Shown here: positions 60,663 through 64,000 of the stretch, piece by piece
How the letters are laid out: the number at the start of each line of letters is the position of its first letter
Numbering within the stretch: the stretch's first letter is position 1
Assembly (NCBI GenBank): GCA_963695555.1
Contig: CAVOGR010000001.1
Span: 992,001-1,056,000 of the forward strand
From: an uncultured Gemmatimonadales bacterium
GTDB lineage: Bacteria > Gemmatimonadota > Gemmatimonadetes > Gemmatimonadales > GWC2-71-9
Direction of reading: 5' to 3'
Length of the DNA stretch: 64,000 nucleotides
Notes under the pieces: generated by a model
What the model saw: the letters and a program-made list of their open reading frames with translations, nothing else
Told to the model about the DNA's origin: nothing
The model's database searches: none
Program-made: the position numbers and the translations under genes

Positions 60663-62611
60663 TCTCGCTGCTCAAGCCCTCGTGTCGCTTCACCACGTTG
60701 GTGGTGGCACCCACCAACCAACTTGCGGTGACCGCGGCCCGGGCCGTGGCGGACTCTCCGGGCCGCATCTATAACCCGCTCTACATTTACGGTGGGCCAG
60801 GACTGGGCAAGACCCACCTGCTGATGGCCATTGGGCACTCGGTGTTGGACATCGACCCCTCGTGCACCGTGGAATACCTGAGCATCGAGGACTTCGCCTC
60901 TGCCTGGCCCACTGCGAGGAATGCCGGCGAAGAGGAAGCCTACCGCCGGCACTATGTCGAGGCCGAGGTGCTGCTGCTGGATGACATTCACCTCCTCGCC
61001 TATCGTCGCGACCTGCAGCTGGAAATTCTCCGGGTTCTCGACAGTGTGCTCGAGCGGAATCACCAGGTCGTCATGGCATCTGATCGGGCGCCGAACCGGA
61101 TCGACGGATTGGACGAGCGTCTGGCACGGCGTTGTGCCGCTGGCTTGGTGACCGATGTAGCTACCCCGGCGCCCGAGACCCGGCTCGAGGTCGTGCGCCG
61201 CAGGGTGCAGGAGCGCGGCGCGGTGTTCCACCCGGACATCCTCGAACTGCTGGCCGGCGCCGGCCAATCGGATCTCCGACAGCTGCTCGCTCTCGTGGAC
61301 AAGTTTCAAGAGGTGCAGCGGCGCACGCATCTGCCGCTCACCGTCGAGGCGGCCCGGGGACTCCTCAACGACATGGGCCTGGCAGAGGCCACCGGTCCAG
61401 CCGGTGACGGTCAAAGTCTTCGGCCTCACGCCGACGAGTTCGGAACCTTTCTTAGCGATGTGACCACCACCGTGGCCGGACAGCTCGAAGCGTGGCGAAG
61501 TCGAGTGGCCGAGGCCATCCTCCGGTGGGAGGGGGAAGGATTCCGCACTCGCCGCCTCGAGGCGTTGCTCCAGGCCGATCTTCCAGCGGATCCCAACGCG
61601 ATTCTCGAATCTTTCACGGCCGATGTGGAACGGCTGCGCGGTCTCGAATCAGAAGCCCAGACCGTATCGCCCGACCTGGTCGGGTCGCCGTTGTTCCGGG
61701 ATCCGGACCAGGTGGCCGCCGCCGCCGCCTTGGTCGAGCATGCGAGGCAAGGCCGGCATCCGCTTCCGGCGCCTTCTCGCATGTGGCGCCTAGAGGACCT
61801 CGTCGAGGCGCCGGGCAATCTGGACGCGCTCAGCTCGGCGTGGCGTGTCATAGACCAACCGGGAACCCGTCACAACCCGCTCGCTGTCGTTGCGCCGAGC
61901 GGGTGTGGGAAGACCCATGTGCTCCATGGCATCGCCAACAAGCTCGCGGAGGCACCCAACGCGACGATCGCATGTCTCACCGCCAGCGACTTCATCGCGG
62001 ACCTCGAGGCGGCGCGCGAGGCCAACCGGCTCTCGGCCTGGCAATCACGGTATCGCGGGGTAACCGGGCTCCTGATCGACGACATCCACCGGTGGGCCGA
62101 CCACCCGCCGCTCGGCGCCGAGCTGGTGGAGCTGCTCGACGCACTGCTCGAGGCCCGCGCCCAACTGGTGGTCAGCTCGGTCGTTCCCCTGCCGCAGTTG
62201 GCGCTGGACCGGGGCATCATGGACCGCCTCCAGGGCGGCCTCGTTGTGGCCCTCGCTCCTCCAGACCGTGACATCCGGTCCCGCGTCGTCGAGCGACTCC
62301 TGGCCGCCAAGCTCAGTCTGGTGGATCCCGAGCTGACATCCTACCTGGCGAATCGACCGGCGGAGTCGGTGCGAAGTCTGCAAGGCCTGGTGCACCGGTT
62401 GCTCAACAACGCCGAGGTCCAAGGGAAAACGCCGACGGTGGCGTTTGCCCGCGAGCTCCTGGAGGGAATGCCGCAGGCGCCGCCCGCCCGCGAGCAGAGA
62501 ACCCGGCTGAGCGGTGTTGTGGTGCCTGTGGCCGGCGGCCTCCGGAGCCGCGAGAAAATGGTCTGGCATTGGCCCGATGCCGGTGACCGGGTAGTGGAGG
62601 AGTGGAGCTGA
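60659..62611 (+). CDS. Tandem DnaA/Hda-like AAA+ ATPase without DNA-binding domain
   Basis: YNPLYIYGGPGLGKTHLL + LLLDDIH and HNPL...APSGCGKTHVL + LLIDDIH; no DnaA domain I or IV. Confidence 0.88.
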   Translation: MISLLKPSCRFTTLVVAPTNQLAVTAARAVADSPGRIYNPLYIYGGPGLGKTHLLMAIGHSVLDIDPSCTVEYLSIEDFASAWPTARNAGEEEAYRRHYVEAEVLLLDDIHLLAYRRDLQLEILRVLDSVLERNHQVVMASDRAPNRIDGLDERLARRCAAGLVTDVATPAPETRLEVVRRRVQERGAVFHPDILELLAGAGQSDLRQLLALVDKFQEVQRRTHLPLTVEAARGLLNDMGLAEATGPAGDGQSLRPHADEFGTFLSDVTTTVAGQLEAWRSRVAEAILRWEGEGFRTRRLEALLQADLPADPNAILESFTADVERLRGLESEAQTVSPDLVGSPLFRDPDQVAAAAALVEHARQGRHPLPAPSRMWRLEDLVEAPGNLDALSSAWRVIDQPGTRHNPLAVVAPSGCGKTHVLHGIANKLAEAPNATIACLTASDFIADLEAAREANRLSAWQSRYRGVTGLLIDDIHRWADHPPLGAELVELLDALLEARAQLVVSSVVPLPQLALDRGIMDRLQGGLVVALAPPDRDIRSRVVERLLAAKLSLVDPELTSYLANRPAESVRSLQGLVHRLLNNAEVQGKTPTVAFARELLEGMPQAPPAREQRTRLSGVVVPVAGGLRSREKMVWHWPDAGDRVVEEWS

Positions 62612-64000
62612 TGGCCATCAAGGGCAGCCTCAAAGAGGCCAGTCTTCCCGATGTGATTCAGCTTCTGGCCATGGGCCAGAAGACGGGCTGCTTGGCCGTC
62701 GCCCACCGCCACAATTTCGGCTACGTCTACTTCCGAAACGGCCGCATCATCTACGCCTCCATTGTCAACCGGCGCGATCGGCTCGGCGATATCCTGGTGA
62801 ACAGCGGTCGAATCTCCCCCGAGCAATTGGCGCAAGCCATCGACCTGCAAGGCACATTCGATGACAAGAAGCTCGGCCAGATATTGGTCGATACCGGAGC
62901 GATTTCGCGCGAGGAATTGGTGCAGTACGTGGCCTTACAAATCGAGGAGGCCGTCTATTTCCTCTTCACGTGGAACTCGGGAACATTCAATTTCGAAGTC
63001 GATGTGCAGCCTGCAAGTCAGGATGTGCTCGTCTCCATCGCCCCGGAAACATTGCTGCTCGAGGGCGCCAGGCGGGTCGACGAGTGGAGTCTCATCCAAC
63101 ACAAGATCCCGAGCTTCGATCTCATCTTCGAAGTCCGCGAGAGCCGGATCGCCGCGTCGACAGCCACGCTCTCTCCAGAACAAGAGCGGTTGCTCCCCCT
63201 TCTCGACGGACAGCGCGACGTCAGCCAATTGATCGACGCGGCCGGCATGGGTGAATTCGAGGTGGGCAAGGCACTCTTCGGGCTGATCACGGCCGGCTTC
63301 GTTCACCGTGTCGGCACGTCGGCCACGAGTGAAGTCAGCCGGGCCAACGAGGGGCGGATCGAGGAGCACCGCAATCTCGGAATCGCCTTCTACCGGGCCA
63401 GCATGTTGGAGGAGGCCGAGAGGGAATTCCGGCGCGTGGCGGAACTGCGCCCCGCCGATGGGAACGCACCTTTTCATCTCGGACTCATTGCTGTCAAGCA
63501 CGGACGGTGGGAGGAAGCGATCGCGATGTTCCAACGTGCGGTGGAGAAGGGAGGACCGCGTGCGAGTGCGCTCCACAACTTGGCATTCGCCATGGAGCGA
63601 CTCGGGCGGCTGACCGAAGCCGAAGCCACCTATGCGGCGGCCGTCGACAGGGCGCGGGACAATCCGCGCATCATGCTGGGGTGGGGGATCTCGGCACTGC
63701 TGCGCGAAGACCACGCGCTGGCGTCCGCGCGCCTGATCCGGGCGCGGGAACTCATGGGCGAGGCGGATCCGCCCGCTACCTGGTACTGGGCGGCGACACT
63801 GGCGCATGCCGGGTCCGGCAACCAGGCCGCGGCATTGGAGGTGGCTCAGGCAGGAGTGGCGTCCTATCCGGCGAGCGCCGTGTTGAACAACAATCTCGCG
63901 GTGCTCTTGGAGTTGAACGGGGACATCGCCGGCGCCGAGACGCAGCTCGACCGCGCGTTTACCGAGGAGCCCACGCTGCCGCAGATCTCGAAGAACATGG
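62611..64000 (+). CDS. DUF4388 + MshEN-like + wHTH-like + TPR protein, runs off the window
   Basis: Not in ORF track; own translation MAIKGSLKEASLPDVIQLL...RLGDIL...LLLEGARRVDEW...HRNLGIAFY; frame stays open to 64000; TGATG coupling. Confidence 0.9.
   Translation, partial: MAIKGSLKEASLPDVIQLLAMGQKTGCLAVAHRHNFGYVYFRNGRIIYASIVNRRDRLGDILVNSGRISPEQLAQAIDLQGTFDDKKLGQILVDTGAISREELVQYVALQIEEAVYFLFTWNSGTFNFEVDVQPASQDVLVSIAPETLLLEGARRVDEWSLIQHKIPSFDLIFEVRESRIAASTATLSPEQERLLPLLDGQRDVSQLIDAAGMGEFEVGKALFGLITAGFVHRVGTSATSEVSRANEGRIEEHRNLGIAFYRASMLEEAEREFRRVAELRPADGNAPFHLGLIAVKHGRWEEAIAMFQRAVEKGGPRASALHNLAFAMERLGRLTEAEATYAAAVDRARDNPRIMLGWGISALLREDHALASARLIRARELMGEADPPATWYWAATLAHAGSGNQAAALEVAQAGVASYPASAVLNNNLAVLLELNGDIAGAETQLDRAFTEEPTLPQISKNM

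Noticed and set aside
60659..62611. Canonical dnaA / oriC region
   Set aside because: No domain IV, no dnaN/recF/gyrB, and no intergenic space for DnaA boxes

Overview
This is a high-GC bacterial chromosomal window. Gene content and order suggest Gemmatimonadota, which is an inference and was not tested. It holds about 62 CDS and one tRNA-Met(CAT), and every gene except vgb is on the + strand. There are three zones. (1) 1-15.1 kb is housekeeping: thrS, thiolase, bioY, hbd, Leu dehydrogenase, rpiB, glyA, nnr, thiL, eno, ftsB and the tRNA. (2) 15.2-36 kb is accessory. It opens with a three-gene operon (coiled-coil protein; roadblock/longin-like+TM+BON+OmpA-like membrane protein; Rab-like small GTPase) and also holds envelope and stress genes plus a Rieske-ThDP enzyme / Rieske-glutamate-synthase-like operon. 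(3) 36-64 kb is a long coupled run, apaG-tilS-hpt-ftsH-folP-DUF2723-yggS-divIVA-pnp-ileS-dksA-lspA-rluD. It continues into a signalling operon: cheW-cheY-cheA-cheC, a 905-aa TPR protein, two DUF4388/MshEN-like/TPR proteins, three roadblock proteins, MglA, and a tandem DnaA-like AAA+ ATPase with no DNA-binding domain. The two small-GTPase operons are the best candidates for undescribed systems. Four genes (ldh, ompA, the ThDP enzyme, ileS) carry short indels that look like long-read assembly errors. No CRISPR array, integrase, transposase or rRNA was seen. All family assignments come from motif recognition by eye, not database searches.
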